Origin: Nemertoderma westbladi
Taxonomy: Eukaryota > Animalia > Xenacoelomorpha
Length of the DNA stretch: 64,000 nt
Assembly: GCA_032718475.1 (NCBI GenBank)
Contig: JAUCBJ010007699.1
Location: 1-64,000, forward strand
Direction: 5' to 3'
The notes under the pieces: generated by a model
What the model was told of the DNA's origin: nothing
The model's input: the letters and a program-made list of their open reading frames with translations, nothing else
The model's database searches: none
Shown here: piece after piece, positions 24,741-36,527 of the stretch
Position numbering within the stretch: the stretch's first letter is position 1
Layout of the letters: each line of letters opens with the position of its first letter
Program-made: the position numbers and the translations under genes

Positions 24741-25868
24741 TTAGAAAAACGGGTTGAATGTGTCAATAACCTGATCTCCACGGTAAACCACATTTTCCTT
24801 GTTAGAGAACCAAATATTAGCACCCACGTTTTCAGGCTTCTGTTTTTCCTCATAGATAACAGACTTGATTCGCTGATGCTCTTTGCGGAAAGCTGGGTGA
24901 GAATCCGGTTTTATAAACACCTTTTTATGCCAACCAGTGTCCGATTTTTTAAGCTTGGAGCTGTTTGAGAGAATTAAGCTTCTAGGTGGAGCGCTCTGAC
25001 CCAGTGTCAAAAGAATTGGCCTGGGCCTTTTTATACCACCAGCAACAGTTGATCTTCTTTCTCCAAGCCGACGTATAGAGAAATTATCCACCTGAACTCC
25101 AATAGCGACAAAGATCTCCTCACATTTATCCTCGTCAGTTGGATGTTCTACCTCCTCTAGGGATTCGTTGTCGTTAGCGGCCGGCTGTTCTTGTTCCTCC
25201 AGTCCTAGCACTATTAGTTTCTGTGAACGAAGATCTTTATCCAGTTGTTCCATAAAACGTGTCTGACTACAAATGACGTTTCTCACAGTCTTAACTTCAT
25301 CTTCAACCTTATCAATACGTTTAGAGTTACTTTGAACCATAGCTTTTACATCGACTTCAATAGTATTCAATCTGGCATTTACCTCCAATAGGGATTGTCT
25401 GGTTAACCGAGCTTCATTCAGTAGCTGAACTGCCCATGGTGGTGGCATACTGGTATTGGTTACAGTGGTAGCGTTACCATACATAGGCTGAGAAGTAGTG
25501 GTTGTGTCGAAGTGCGCATATACACCATTATTAGAGAAAACAGTATCATTTGTTAATTGGTTAGTAGAATATGGTGCCAGTGGTCCATTGTTAAGATCAA
25601 AGGGAGAAGTATTCGCCCGCAATCCCGTCGGGTGGGGTGTAGCGGGGGACGAGGTGCCAGAGTAAATAGAAAGATGCGGTGGTTGCGACCAAAGAGCCGA
25701 GCTGGAACCAGTAGGCATACTCGCTGACCAGATCGGTTGAGCCTGAGTCGGTAGCATGTGAGCACCGGTAGGCTGGGTTCCGGTACCCATACCTCCGGCA
25801 CAACCATCACAGAACCCGCCAGCTTTCAGTCTTGTTTGGTGTGTTCCACAACGTTTACAAGTGCCCAT
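24741..25868 (-). CDS. LINE ORF1 (N-terminal CxxC...CxxC, coiled coil, RRM-like C-terminus)
   Basis: CKRC...CDGC, a coiled coil, and the typical ORF1 motifs LIVLGLEE, RRLG...PRPILL and VFIKPD, directly upstream of ORF2. Confidence 0.85.
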   Translation of the reverse strand: MGTCKRCGTHQTRLKAGGFCDGCAGGMGTGTQPTGAHMLPTQAQPIWSASMPTGSSSALWSQPPHLSIYSGTSSPATPHPTGLRANTSPFDLNNGPLAPYSTNQLTNDTVFSNNGVYAHFDTTTTSQPMYGNATTVTNTSMPPPWAVQLLNEARLTRQSLLEVNARLNTIEVDVKAMVQSNSKRIDKVEDEVKTVRNVICSQTRFMEQLDKDLRSQKLIVLGLEEQEQPAANDNESLEEVEHPTDEDKCEEIFVAIGVQVDNFSIRRLGERRSTVAGGIKRPRPILLTLGQSAPPRSLILSNSSKLKKSDTGWHKKVFIKPDSHPAFRKEHQRIKSVIYEEKQKPENVGANIWFSNKENVVYRGDQVIDTFNPFF

Positions 25869-26081
25869 AATTTCAATTTCATACAGTAATATCTAACTAC
25901 TCTGTTACTTAGGCCCCCAGGCAGCCAGGGTACACAAGTCAGACAGTTATTGAGTTAGACAGTTAAAGTCAGACAGAATTGTACTGTATTACAGTACATT
26001 ATATCAATTATTATACTGCATACTGTTATCATATTATTCTGTGAACTGTACTGTCACTAACTAATAGACACCGGTACTTAC

Positions 26082-26255
26082 CTTTGTAGTAAAAGAATGC
26101 GCATGGCCCCAGTGGTTTACTATAGATTCTTTCCTCAAATTTCGGTAATCAATTGTATCTTTACGAACAGTAAAAACAAATGTTGGGGTCGTGTTGCGAA
26201 CTATTCGAGACATCATATCCTTAATGCTTGGAGTGTCCATACTATCATCCGATTC
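26082..26255 (-). CDS. TTLL3: TTLL3/TTLL8-like exon (174 bp, phase 0-0)
   Basis: cccgcag|GAA TCG...ACA AAG|gtaagt encodes MMSRIVRNTTPTFVFTVRKD...IVNHWGHAHSFTTK. Joined to the next exon it gives SFTTK-VGLC, as in TTLL3/8. Confidence 0.92.
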
Positions 26256-26597
26256 CTGCGGGTGCAATCAATGTAGTCAAAACGGGAGCTAAATATTTAC
26301 TGATTAGGTCTATATACTAATAATAATTAATAATATATAATGTAATAATAAGTAATTTTATTGAGCCCAACTTACATATAAATTGTACTGTAGGGCCTAC
26401 ATAGCTACATCTTTATCGTTGAGTCAGAGTATTGTCTCGGTCTCGGTCTCGGTAAAGTAGTACGTTGTGTAATAGGTTCTCATTTTAACAACCCTGGGGA
26501 CCCTGGCGTGGCTCGATACTAACCGATAGATTGTAAGTTCAACCAACTGATCTAGCCCCGCCCTCCAGTTTGTAAAGTAAAATTGCAACAACTGCAA

Positions 26598-28090
26598 TTT
26601 TATTTATTTATTTATTTTTTATTTATTTCTTTATTTCAAACCAAACAAGGTTCATAGTAGAAACAATACACCGATCAGACAATATAGTTTACACGATACA
26701 GTACTAAATTATGAAAATTAATATTTAATAGCACAATATTTAAATATTAATCGTAAAGTAGGGACAGGTCATTCATGGCCCTAATTCTAGATTCTGTGCA
26801 ACATGTGCGAATCACATTAATAATGCTATTGGTACTGGTACCCAAGCGCCGTGATAGGCTCTCAATAGCATTGGCTCTAATATGTACAAAGGATGGTCCA
26901 AGTAAGCTGCAGGTAAGCGACATACTTGTGGGAGTTGTGTCGTTAGCCATTCTCGGAATTTTAAAAAGCATTCGAATGCTACTATTATATGCAGTGCGCA
27001 ATTTGTGTTGGACAGACATAGAATAGTTCGCTCTAGCCCACAGCGCGTTGCCATAAACATTAGTACAATAGGAACGAAAAAAACGTATTTTTACATTCCT
27101 AGCACAATTACCAAAATTCCTAACCAAGTAGTTTGCTCTTGCATACTACGCACAAGTCTGGCGCTTTACATCATAATCATCGTCAGTAGACGAGTGGATT
27201 ACGTGGCCAAGAAATACAATTTGATCTACAATATCAATAGGAGTGCCTAATAAGTACACAATACCAAATATAGACTTGCTACAGCATTTCGGGATAAAAT
27301 ATATACATTTGGTCTTTTTTAAATTAAACTTAATTGAGAATAGGTCAGCATAATCCATACATATATTTAGTAGTTGTTGTAAACCAAACATAGTATTAGA
27401 TAGCAGTGACAAATCGTCCGCATATCCTACGTGATTGATCCTTCTACCGTTAATAGAGCAACCAAAATTGCACCGATTTAAAGCTGCACTTAAATCATCC
27501 ATATATACGTTAAATAAATATGGGCTCAGGATCCCCCCTTGTTTTGTACCATTGGTGACATGAAATTTACTCGAACTAAATTTACCCCACGAAACAAACA
27601 GTAATTGGTTACGATAGCAAAAGCATATTATTCTAACAAAAATATCCGGTACACCCCTAGTAATTAATTTAGAAAATAGTAAATAATGATTACATCGATC
27701 AAATGCCTTGCTGGCATCCAACATACAAGTAAATACCGGGCTATTAAAAAAATTTACTGTCTCCTTAAAAGCGAGGATACACAGTTCAGTGCCCGATTTC
27801 GGTTTGAAACCAAACTGATTGTCTGTAGTATCTAAGTATCTACTTACATTAGAAAGTATCAGCCTCTCAAATAGTTTGGAGAATACAGTTGAGATTGCAA
27901 TACCTCTATAATTATCACTCGAGGTGATATCACCTGTCTTGTCCTTAATTAAAGGAAGTATCTTAGACTCAATAAGGCCCGGTGGTATATAGTCATGGCA
28001 CAACATTGAATTAAATAAACAAGATAGAATGCAACACAATAACTCTGTACAGCCGTATTTAAGATGTTCCGAAGATATATCATCTGTACC
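26598..28090 (-). mobile_element. 5'-truncated non-LTR retrotransposon (RT domain, RTEX/L2-like) with (TAAA)n tail
   Basis: Motifs NYRGIA, NQFGFK, LDASKAFD, GTKQGGILSPYLF, GYADD and FLG; one stop near 27146; A-rich tail. Confidence 0.88.
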
Positions 28091-28161
28091 TATTTATTCT
28101 ATACAGTAAGCCTGTGTGATGACATAATGCTGGAATATTCATACAGTAGACAGTAACTAAC

Positions 28162-28368
28162 CTGGTTCGAATCACAGTCACTACTGTTGTCCGTTCCACC
28201 ATCATCCGAAGAATCGTCATTATCATTAACAATATCATCACCATCATTGTCGTCCTTTTTATTTTTTGAACTATTTTTCTTTGACTTGCGCGGTAAAACC
28301 CTTTCCACCCAATGCCTAGTTTTAAGTGAATGCCTAACTGCGCGATATCCACCCTGGCAGCAAAATAC
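28162..28368 (-). CDS. TTLL3: TTLL3/TTLL8-like exon (207 bp, phase 0-0)
   Basis: atttttag|GTA TTT TGC...AAC CAG|gttagt encodes VFCCQGGYRAVRHSLKTRHWVER plus an acidic tract, matching TTLL3 IFTIQGCYPVIRCLLRRRGWVE. Confidence 0.9.
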
Positions 28369-28521
28369 CTAAAAATATAAAAAATACCTAAATATAATTA
28401 TTACCGTTTAGCCAACCTAATCCCCAATGGTTTTTTTTTAAAGAATATATTAGAACTCATAGAATTGTGTAGAACGTTTAGAATTCAGTAGCATCCTTGA
28501 TTTCCTATAAAAGGATGAGTT

Positions 28522-28688
28522 TAGTCATTATTTGTCAGTCGTACAATCAGTCGTACAATAACTTCAGTCTTAAAGTCATTATTTGTCAGTCGTACAATCA
28601 GTCTTACAATAACTTCAGTCTTAAAGCTATTATTTGTCAGTCGTACAATCAGTCTTACAATAACTTCAGTCTTAAAGCTATTATTTGT
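28522..28688. repeat. 54-bp tandem repeat, about 3 copies
   Basis: ATTATTTGTCAGTCGTACAATCAGTC(G/T)TACAATAACTTCAGTCTTAAAG repeated. Confidence 0.85.
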
Positions 28689-29073
28689 TACTTTTTTTGT
28701 TTTATGGTTTAAATTGTTATCGTCTTTGTAAATAATATACCTCTCGTTTGTTATAAACTTTCCGAACTTTTATACCATGATTTAACCTGGTGAATAATGT
28801 ATTGAAAGTGACACAGATGGTGGGATCTATCCCGCACAGGGCAGCCACACATCCGGACAGCAGCGATAAAAGGGAACATCGGCAAAATGTAAAGAGGAGA
28901 CCACCCACACTCTATTAGATTATCATAGACAGAGACCACCGCCCCCGCCTAAAAGGTAAGATCGCATTCGATCTATAACGGGCTATAACGATCTATAACG
29001 GGCTATAACTTCCTATAACAAATTGCAGTATTAATAATTGGATATATCGGTTCCTAGAAATCACACATCACAC

Positions 29074-29860
29074 ATGACAAACCTTATGACGTCACACATG
29101 ACAAACCTTATGACGGTGGGCTGCCTCAGTTGCGATTGACAAACCTTATGACGGTGGGCTGCCTCAGTTGCGATTGACAAACCTTATGACGGTGGGCTGC
29201 CTCAGTTGCGACAAACCTTATGACGGTGGGCTGCCTCAGTTGCGACAAACCTTATGACGGTGGGCTGCCTCAGTTGCGATTGACAAACCTTATGACGGTG
29301 GGCTGCCTCAGTTGCGATTGACAAACCTTATGACGGTGGGCTGCCTCAGTTGCGATTGACAAACCTTATGACGGTGGGCTGCCTCAGTTGCGATTGACAA
29401 ACCTTATGACGGTGGGCTGCCTCAGTTGCGATTGACAAACCTTATGACGGTGGGCTGCCTCAGTTGCGATTGACAAACCTTATGACGTCACACATGACAA
29501 ACCTTATGACGGTGGGCTGCCTCAGTTGGGACAAACCTTATGACGGTGGGCTGCCTCAGTTGCGATTGACAAACCTTATGACGGTGGGCTGCCTCAGTTG
29601 CGATTGACAAACCTTATGACGGTGGGCTGCCTCAGTTGCGATTGACAAACCTTATGACGGTGGGCTGCCTCAGTTGGGACAAACCTTATGACGGTGGGCT
29701 GCCTCAGTTGGGACAAACCTTATGACGGTGGGCTGCCTCAGTTGCGATTGACAAACCTTATGACGGTGGGCTGCCTCAGTTGCGATTGACAAACCTTATG
29801 ACGGTGGGCTGCCTCAGTTGCGATTGACAAACCTTATGACGGTGGGCTGCCTCAGTTGCG
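29074..29860 (-). repeat. Minisatellite (38 bp; 34- and 24-bp variants) built from the exon end plus splice donor, 22 donor copies
   Basis: The minus-strand unit is GCAACTGAGGCAGCCCACCGTCATAAG|GTTTGTCAATC. The first copy is the exon end ATEAAHRHK. Confidence 0.95.
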
Positions 29861-29992
29861 ATATTCTTCGCAAGCTTTATTTTTTCGTAATGAGATAGAT
29901 GGAGTCGACTTTCAGTCTTTGATCTGCGTAACTGAGGTCTCGTCGGTGTTTGTTGTCCCATCATCCCACCACCATTGTTGCCAAACAACACC
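29833..29992 (-). CDS. TTLL3: TTLL3/TTLL8-like exon (may instead start at the ATG at 30000)
   Basis: ...YEKIKLAKNIATEAAHRHK|gtttgt joins VFCCQG, paralleling TTLL3 RLRNAKIYVERAVKQKK-IFTIQG. The acceptor tatag|G is phase 2. Confidence 0.82.
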
Positions 29993-30189
29993 CTATACAT
30001 TTTTAAACAAATTAAGCTGTAAAAATGTCAAATATTCTAATGGTTAAGAAGGATAATAGTTATAAAAGTTGTTTGCTATAAAAAAAAAAATTAATTAATA
30101 TAATTAATATTTATTTATGCGGATATTTAATATTCTATTTCTATTCTATTAGGATTAGCTAGTAAACAGTAATATAATTAATTATATTA

Positions 30190-30780
30190 ATTATTTTTAT
30201 ATTATTTATATATTATAATCTTATTATTATTCTCTTGTATTAAAATTGGCAGGGGAAAAATCATTCATCGAAGCCCTCCTAGAGACCTCCCTGTATGCGT
30301 TTAACCCAGAAGTTATCCGAAACTACCGGTCGTACCGCTCCGAACGCGAGGAGAATTTTGTTAACGAGGGATACTCCCGCGGTCCAGCATTCCAAACCTC
30401 GGTTTGGAAGACTCATGGCCAGACTAACAGGCATGTTGTCACCCGGACGACAGCCCACGGATTCCACTTTAAAGTCTGCAACAACTCCGTTCCCTTCCAT
30501 GCCTTAACCCCGGAATGCCATTGCAAGTTCTGCAAACTCTCCTGCAGTGACCGCTACCACATACTTTCCTGCAACCTCTGCCCGCCGCTGTCGGTACTCG
30601 CCGCAAACTAACCACAACGCCCGCCCCCCCCCCCCCCCCCCCCCCACTCCCCTCGCATATTACTGTACTTTTATATACTGTACTGTATTGGTATATGTTT
30701 TTCTTATTGGCTGATTGGTATACTGTATCTCATATTTACCCCGCCCGGGGTGTATATATTAATATATATATTATAATAAA
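30190..30780 (+). mobile_element. Probable LINE 3' fragment (Cys/His-rich ORF end, UTR, AATAAA)
   Basis: HGFHFKVC...CHCKFCKLSCSDRYHILSC, then poly-C and an AT-rich UTR ending ATAATAAA. Confidence 0.45.
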
Positions 30781-30949
30781 TTGAGAAGGCCTGAAGAAGG
30801 GGCCTAATTGGCCCAGAAAACTCACGTAACTCAAATTCGTTTTTCAACCTGTCTGCGGGTGTAGACCTTCAAAAAAAGCTCTTACATGAATCATAATACT
30901 CTCTTTATCTTTTTCAAAAATATAGGCGAAATTAAATTAAAAGTAGAAC

Positions 30950-33120
30950 ATAATAATGAACAGAAGACAGAGAAGAAAGAAGAACCAACCTGTTGAAATG
31001 TAAAAAGACACTAAAGATTGCTACAATGAACGCACGCACGCTGAAAGCACAGAGCAATCAGGGTGACATGGTCGCTCTGGCAATGGAATATAACATCGAC
31101 ATCATCTGCATCCAAGAACATCGGATTTGTCATGAAGACACTACCATGAAGTACAATGACATTGGAAATGGATGGACTTTAGTAACAAGCTCAGCAGTAC
31201 GAAACTCGGCCAATGCATCAATTGGTGGAGTAGGAATTCTGCTAAGCCCATTTGCACTTAAGACCCTAAACAACATCGAATCTATAAATTCCAGGGTTAT
31301 GATCGCAACATTTGATGGGAATCCCAAGACAACTGTTATAAGGTTGCTACAGTCCAACCAATGCATCAGAGCCAGAACAAGCAGTCAAGTTTTATGAAGA
31401 ACTGACTGGACTTAATAAGGACATCCCGAAACACAATGTTAAAGTCATTGCTGGTGACCTGAATGCGCAAATTAGCCCAGAAGAGATCAAGGGTTACACC
31501 TATAACACCAGTTCTAACAGAAATGGGTACTTACTCTTAGACCTAATGGAAGAATGTGAATTGATACCAACAAACAACACATTCGAAAAGAGTAAGGGGA
31601 AGCTATGGACCTTTCAATACCCTAATGGAACCAAAGCACAACTGGATTACATCCTTATAAACAAAAAGTGGAGAAATAGCATGATCAACTGCGAGGCATA
31701 CAGCTCGTTCAACCTAATTGGTTTGGACCACAGAATTGTGACTGCAGAGATCAGACTCAGTTTGAGAGCCAGAAAACCCAGGACAAGCAAGCAAATCAAA
31801 TATGACTGGGAGAAACTCAGAACTGACAATGCTGTAAAGGATGCTTACACAGTAGAAGTTCAAAACCGCTTTGGAGCACTTCAGTCAATGGATGAAGACC
31901 AATCCACCAATTCAATATACCAGAATATAATAACAGCCCACAAGGAATCAGCTAAGAGGCATATCCCTCAGAAACCCAAACGAAAACAGTATGTGCCATG
32001 GCAAAACTCTGAGGTAACTTGTAAGAGAGAAGATCTTAAGATAGCCTACAAAGTTAAAACCGAACAACCAACAACCGAAAACATTAACAAGGTTGAGAAA
32101 GCTAAGGACGATCTTAAATTGGCCTACAACATCAGCCAGGAAAAGTACATACAGGATAAAACTGAAGCAATTACAACTGCTCACATACAGCAACAATCAA
32201 GACTTACCTGGCAAACTGTAAATGAGGTATCTGGTCGGAAAAGTTGTGCAAAGGGGCGCCTCAAAGCCGATAGTCCTGAAGAACGTGTTGGGAAGTGGAA
32301 AAATCACTTCAGTAACTTGCTTAAGCAGCCACCAAACATCGAGGTCAGCCCTACCAGGAAAATATATGACAAGACACTACCGATAGAAACAGGGGACTTC
32401 ACACCTTCCGAACTCCAAAGAAGCATTAAAAGCATGTCCAATAATAAAGCGAGTGGATTAGATGAAATCCCAGCGGAGGTATGGAAAACCGGAGTGCTAA
32501 ATAGACCATTATTGAATGTTTGCAACCGGATGTTAAAAGGGGAAAAGCCACCACCAATTTGGACTAAAGGTCAACTAAAGCCTCTCCCCAAGAAAGGAGA
32601 CCTCGGCATACCAACAAACTATCGTGGGATCTGTCTGCTTGTGGTAGCTGCCAAAATATACAATAAAATGATTCCATATAGGATTAGGCCTCACATAGAG
32701 AAACTACTGCATAAGAGCCAAAACGGATTTCGACCAAGTAGATCAACAATAGCTCAGATACTTGCACTACGGAGACTGATTGAAGGAATTAAGTCAAAGA
32801 ATCTCCCCGCAGTCATGACTTTTGTGGACTTCAAGAAGGCATTCGACTCCATCCATAGAGGTAAAATGCATGAAATCCTAAGAGCTTATGGAATACCAGA
32901 AGTAATTGTTGCTGACATTGGATTGTTATATTGTGACACAGAAGCGCAGGTACTCTCACCAGATGGTGAAACTGAGTTTTTCTCAATCCTGGCTGGCGTA
33001 CTGCAAGGTGACACATTAGCACCATTACTATTTGTAATTGTGCTGGATTACGTAATGAGGACGGCCACAAAGAGTGAAGATCTGGGATTCACACTTCAAG
33101 AACGCAGAAGTAGTAGATAT
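30950..33120 (+). mobile_element. RTE-clade LINE, 5' part (APE and RT N-half), interrupted by the BEL insertion
   Basis: Motifs ATMNARTL, CIQEHR, GGVGILL, LDYILI, NYRGI, QNGFR, FVDFKKAFDS and GVLQGDTLAP; frameshift near 31340. Confidence 0.92.
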
Positions 33121-34350
33121 TGTAAAAGCTTTTGCTGAATTGTCCGGTTATTTTTCCTTATTTTCCCGTAAAGTACTCTGTAGTTGGTTTACCAGGCATA
33201 AAAAGGCCGTGTCCTTGCTGTACTGGTGTTTTAGCGGACATAAAAGCTATTTCTTCTGTATTTGTACTTTAGAGGACATAATCCGTAATTCCGTGACGTA
33301 AAAGCTCGATACTCTTGAAAACAGTGTCGCTACCATGACGACGGCTAGCAGCTGATATTGCCACGTCGACGTTTCTTTGTTTCTCTGTTCTCTCGTTGTT
33401 CAGGTTGACCAATCAGAGCGTTTGTTGTCTCTGTGTTGGAGGTATATACAGAAACTCAGTAGTTCAGTGTTATGTTTTTGCCCAGAGCCTAAGAACCGGC
33501 TTTTGGCACCTCCGTGTTTCAGTTTTTAGTCTTACACTAGTAGGTTTAATTATAAGGGCATATATCCTTTAACTGACATACCGATCAAACTCATGGAATC
33601 ACTGATCTGGGAATACACTGACTGCTGACACACGGCTTTTAATAACTGCTGAAACTGCTAAAATTACCTGCTCAATCGATACTGTATACTGCTATTTGTT
33701 GTCGGTTATTCATTATATTGGTTGATGAATTATTATATTGGAATAACGAGAAATAACCCCCGAAAACCCAATATTCTTGATATACCGAAGGTAAGAGAGA
33801 AAGGTTACCAATAAAGATTGTGACTTATGTTAAAGTGGTTTGAAGTGAATCTAATGTTATTTGATAGACCCTACATGAGTCAGTCTGTGTTCCTTTTATA
33901 TGTGACTAAAATCAGTGAAGATTGGCAGATTAGTGTGCAGTATTGTGCAGCATTGTGTATGAGTGAGTCTGTTAAAGAAGCAATTCCTAAAGAATGCGCC
34001 ATATATGTGAATTATAATTAAGCCATATCGTTGTGAGTAGTTTAAGTCATAACTCTGTTTATATAAATAAAGCGCCACGTCCTAAAGGAACTGTTAATAT
34101 TCCCGAAGGTGAATAATATTGTCAGAGATTATAATACTGTCAATCGAATAATACATTAGGCTTACATAGCAATAAAATTAAACCGTCGAACCCAATCTCC
34201 CGGGAATATCCAGCGGGTGAATGGTCGCGCACAGATTGGTTTCGACTAGTGTAGTGAATCAAATACTTGTCATAGACTAAAAACGATTTAATATCTAGAA
34301 GACATCTTAATTTGGCGGGTTAAACTGCCAAAGGTCTGAAAGCGCGAACA
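33121..34350 (+). repeat. 5' LTR (1230 bp)
   Basis: TGTAAAAGC...GCGAACA. By eye it equals the 3' LTR except for 35 extra bp (34078-34112) and one C/T change. Confidence 0.96.
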
Positions 34351-34644
34351 TTAAAGGATATAGCTTCTTTATTGCAGTAAGCAATAAAGTTGAAAGTACC
34401 GGTCAACCGGTAAACCTGAACGGTACATCTGTAGGTCCGTAGGCCTAACTGTCCTAACCGGTACTTCCGTATAAGTGCATTAGTATTATTCGATTTGATT
34501 GTTGTATACCGGTAGGCTGTTTAAGAGATTAGGGACTGTACACCCCTTGTTTCTTTTGGAGCTTACTTATTTCTGTCAGTTTTATTTGTTTGTAGGCTAG
34601 TATTGAACAGAAGGCGTGTAAACCTGACCAGATTGTACAGACGA

Positions 34645-35210
34645 TTTGTAGGCTGAGCTGTTGTCTGATTGCTGTTAAGTCCGAACGAATTGCAGTGTGT
34701 GTAGATCACCTGTCCGATTAAGTACGGTTAGGAAGTAGGGGCAGCGAACGCTGTAAGGTAAACCCCCAACTAAAGAATAAGTCGCACTACTGGGTTAGAG
34801 CGCATACTCCCTAATCATTTCGGAGTCTGCATGTCCTGTAGTTTATTTAGGCTTGAGAGTAGTCTGCCATCGTTTAGTCTGTACTTTGTTTGTGTAAGTC
34901 TGTACGGGTAGCGTATAATTTTATTTGGATAATTTGTAGGCTGGATAGTTGTCCGGCTGTTATTAGGTCTGAACGGATTGCGGTGTGTGTAGATCATTTG
35001 TCTGATTAAGTACGGTTAGGAAGTAGGGGCAGCGAACGCTGTAAGGTGAACCCCCAACTAAAGAATAAGTCGCACTACTGGGTTAGAGCGCATACTCCCT
35101 AATCATTTCGGAGTCTGCATATACCGTAGTTTGTTTAGGCTTGATAGTAGTCTGTCAGTGTTCAGTCTGTATTTTGTTTAAGTAGTTTGTACGCGTAGCG
35201 TAATATTTAT
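34645..35210 (+). repeat. 288-bp tandem duplication in the BEL 5' UTR
   Basis: AGTACGGTTAGGAAGTAGGGGCAGCGAACGCTG occurs at 34721 and 35009. Confidence 0.85.
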
Positions 35211-36527
35211 TATTCAGAGTTTATGCGATTATCCGCAACATTCATTCCCCAAGTTTGTTCCTACAGTAATTGTGTTTGTTATACATACCGCTATAGTTAA
35301 ATTAACCCCGGTACTACACGGGCTGCTCGGCGTAGGTAAAGACTGGTGATTTTGTGCATCGGTCACTCCAGCAGATGCCGTGGTTCTTTTAGCTGTTCAA
35401 GTATATTTAACTACTGATTATATGTTATACAAGTACTCGTACCTAATTTAGGGTTTAGTGTACAGTGCTTTCCGAAAGTAATTAGTGTAGGCATTACATT
35501 TGTGGTGTAAAGTGGTTAATAGGCACGTTCGATTAGCTCTATTAACTTCTAGGTAGGAACACTTCGTGATACATAACGTAGTACCTATAGCGATACGGCT
35601 ATAGGTCGTCAGGCGGTGGTATTTTCCTATCTGGACAACACAGTGTACTTACTACTACGTATTATTTTCAAATACCGTAGAACCCTGTCCGTTGTAATAA
35701 CCAGATTTCTAACCCTTTGTTAGGCTGGTTTGTAGACTTCTTGTAAAATTACCCTAAAAATTCGTATTTTGTGTTTTTTGTAAATTTTTGTGTTTATTTA
35801 GAGATTGTAATCTCACCCGAATTGTACGTAATTTGTAGTATTAAGTAACTTAGGTAAATTAGAATTATTTGTTTTAGTGTCTTATAAGTAACACTTCACT
35901 GAAAGCGCACCGCTTTGTGTAGTGATTACTCCCCAGAAATAATAACATTTATTTCAAACATTGACAAAACCCATTAAACGGGTATATATATATTATAAAT
36001 CAACTCAAACGATTTATAAATAGTAGGCCTGCCATACAACAATTAGGTCTCAATATCAGTTGGACTACTGCTTAAATAACGGCAATAAAGTAAGTTAAAG
36101 TAACCAAGTAACCCTTAAAATTCAGAAATTCAGTTATTTAAAATAATTGATATACCGGTATTTACGATAGGCCTATTATCTTTATTTCTATAAATTTAGG
36201 CTGAAATTATACCGGTACTTGTAATTAATTCTAGTCCAGAATTATATATACTACAAATTGTAAGCTGTATACCGGTATTTCCGATAGGCCTATTATATAT
36301 TTATATATATTTGTGCTAAAATTATATGCCGGTTTCTGTAAAAAACCTAGTCTGTAATAATACTTATATATACTATAAGCATACCGGTATTCTAATATAT
36401 TATATATATATCACGCTACACTGAGTAGCAGTATCGGTAATTAATTACTAGGCTAGCAGTTAATGCTGAATTACTAGACTTGCTTAGACTGTAATATAGC
36501 AGTAGGCATTCAACTGTACAATCAAAC

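Larger units (their letters stand above)
21197..25950 (-). mobile_element. Near full-length two-ORF LINE with LVDD catalytic motif (possibly Proto2-like)
   Basis: ORF1, APE-RT ORF2, 3' UTR, then AATAAA and an (AT)n tail at 21197-21222. The clade label is tentative. Confidence 0.9.

Noticed and set aside
26256-26290. Alternative acceptor tatttag at 26289 for the TTLL3 exon
   Set aside because: It introduces an in-frame TGA after three codons; the cag at 26256 keeps the frame.
29074-29860. CRISPR-like appearance of the 38-bp array (and of the 41-, 45- and 55-bp arrays)
   Set aside because: Units are head to tail with no unique spacers, there are no cas genes, and the context is a spliced eukaryotic gene.
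33827-34078. Identical small ORFs here and at 44737-44988
   Set aside because: They are duplicated only because they lie within the LTRs; there are no coding hallmarks.
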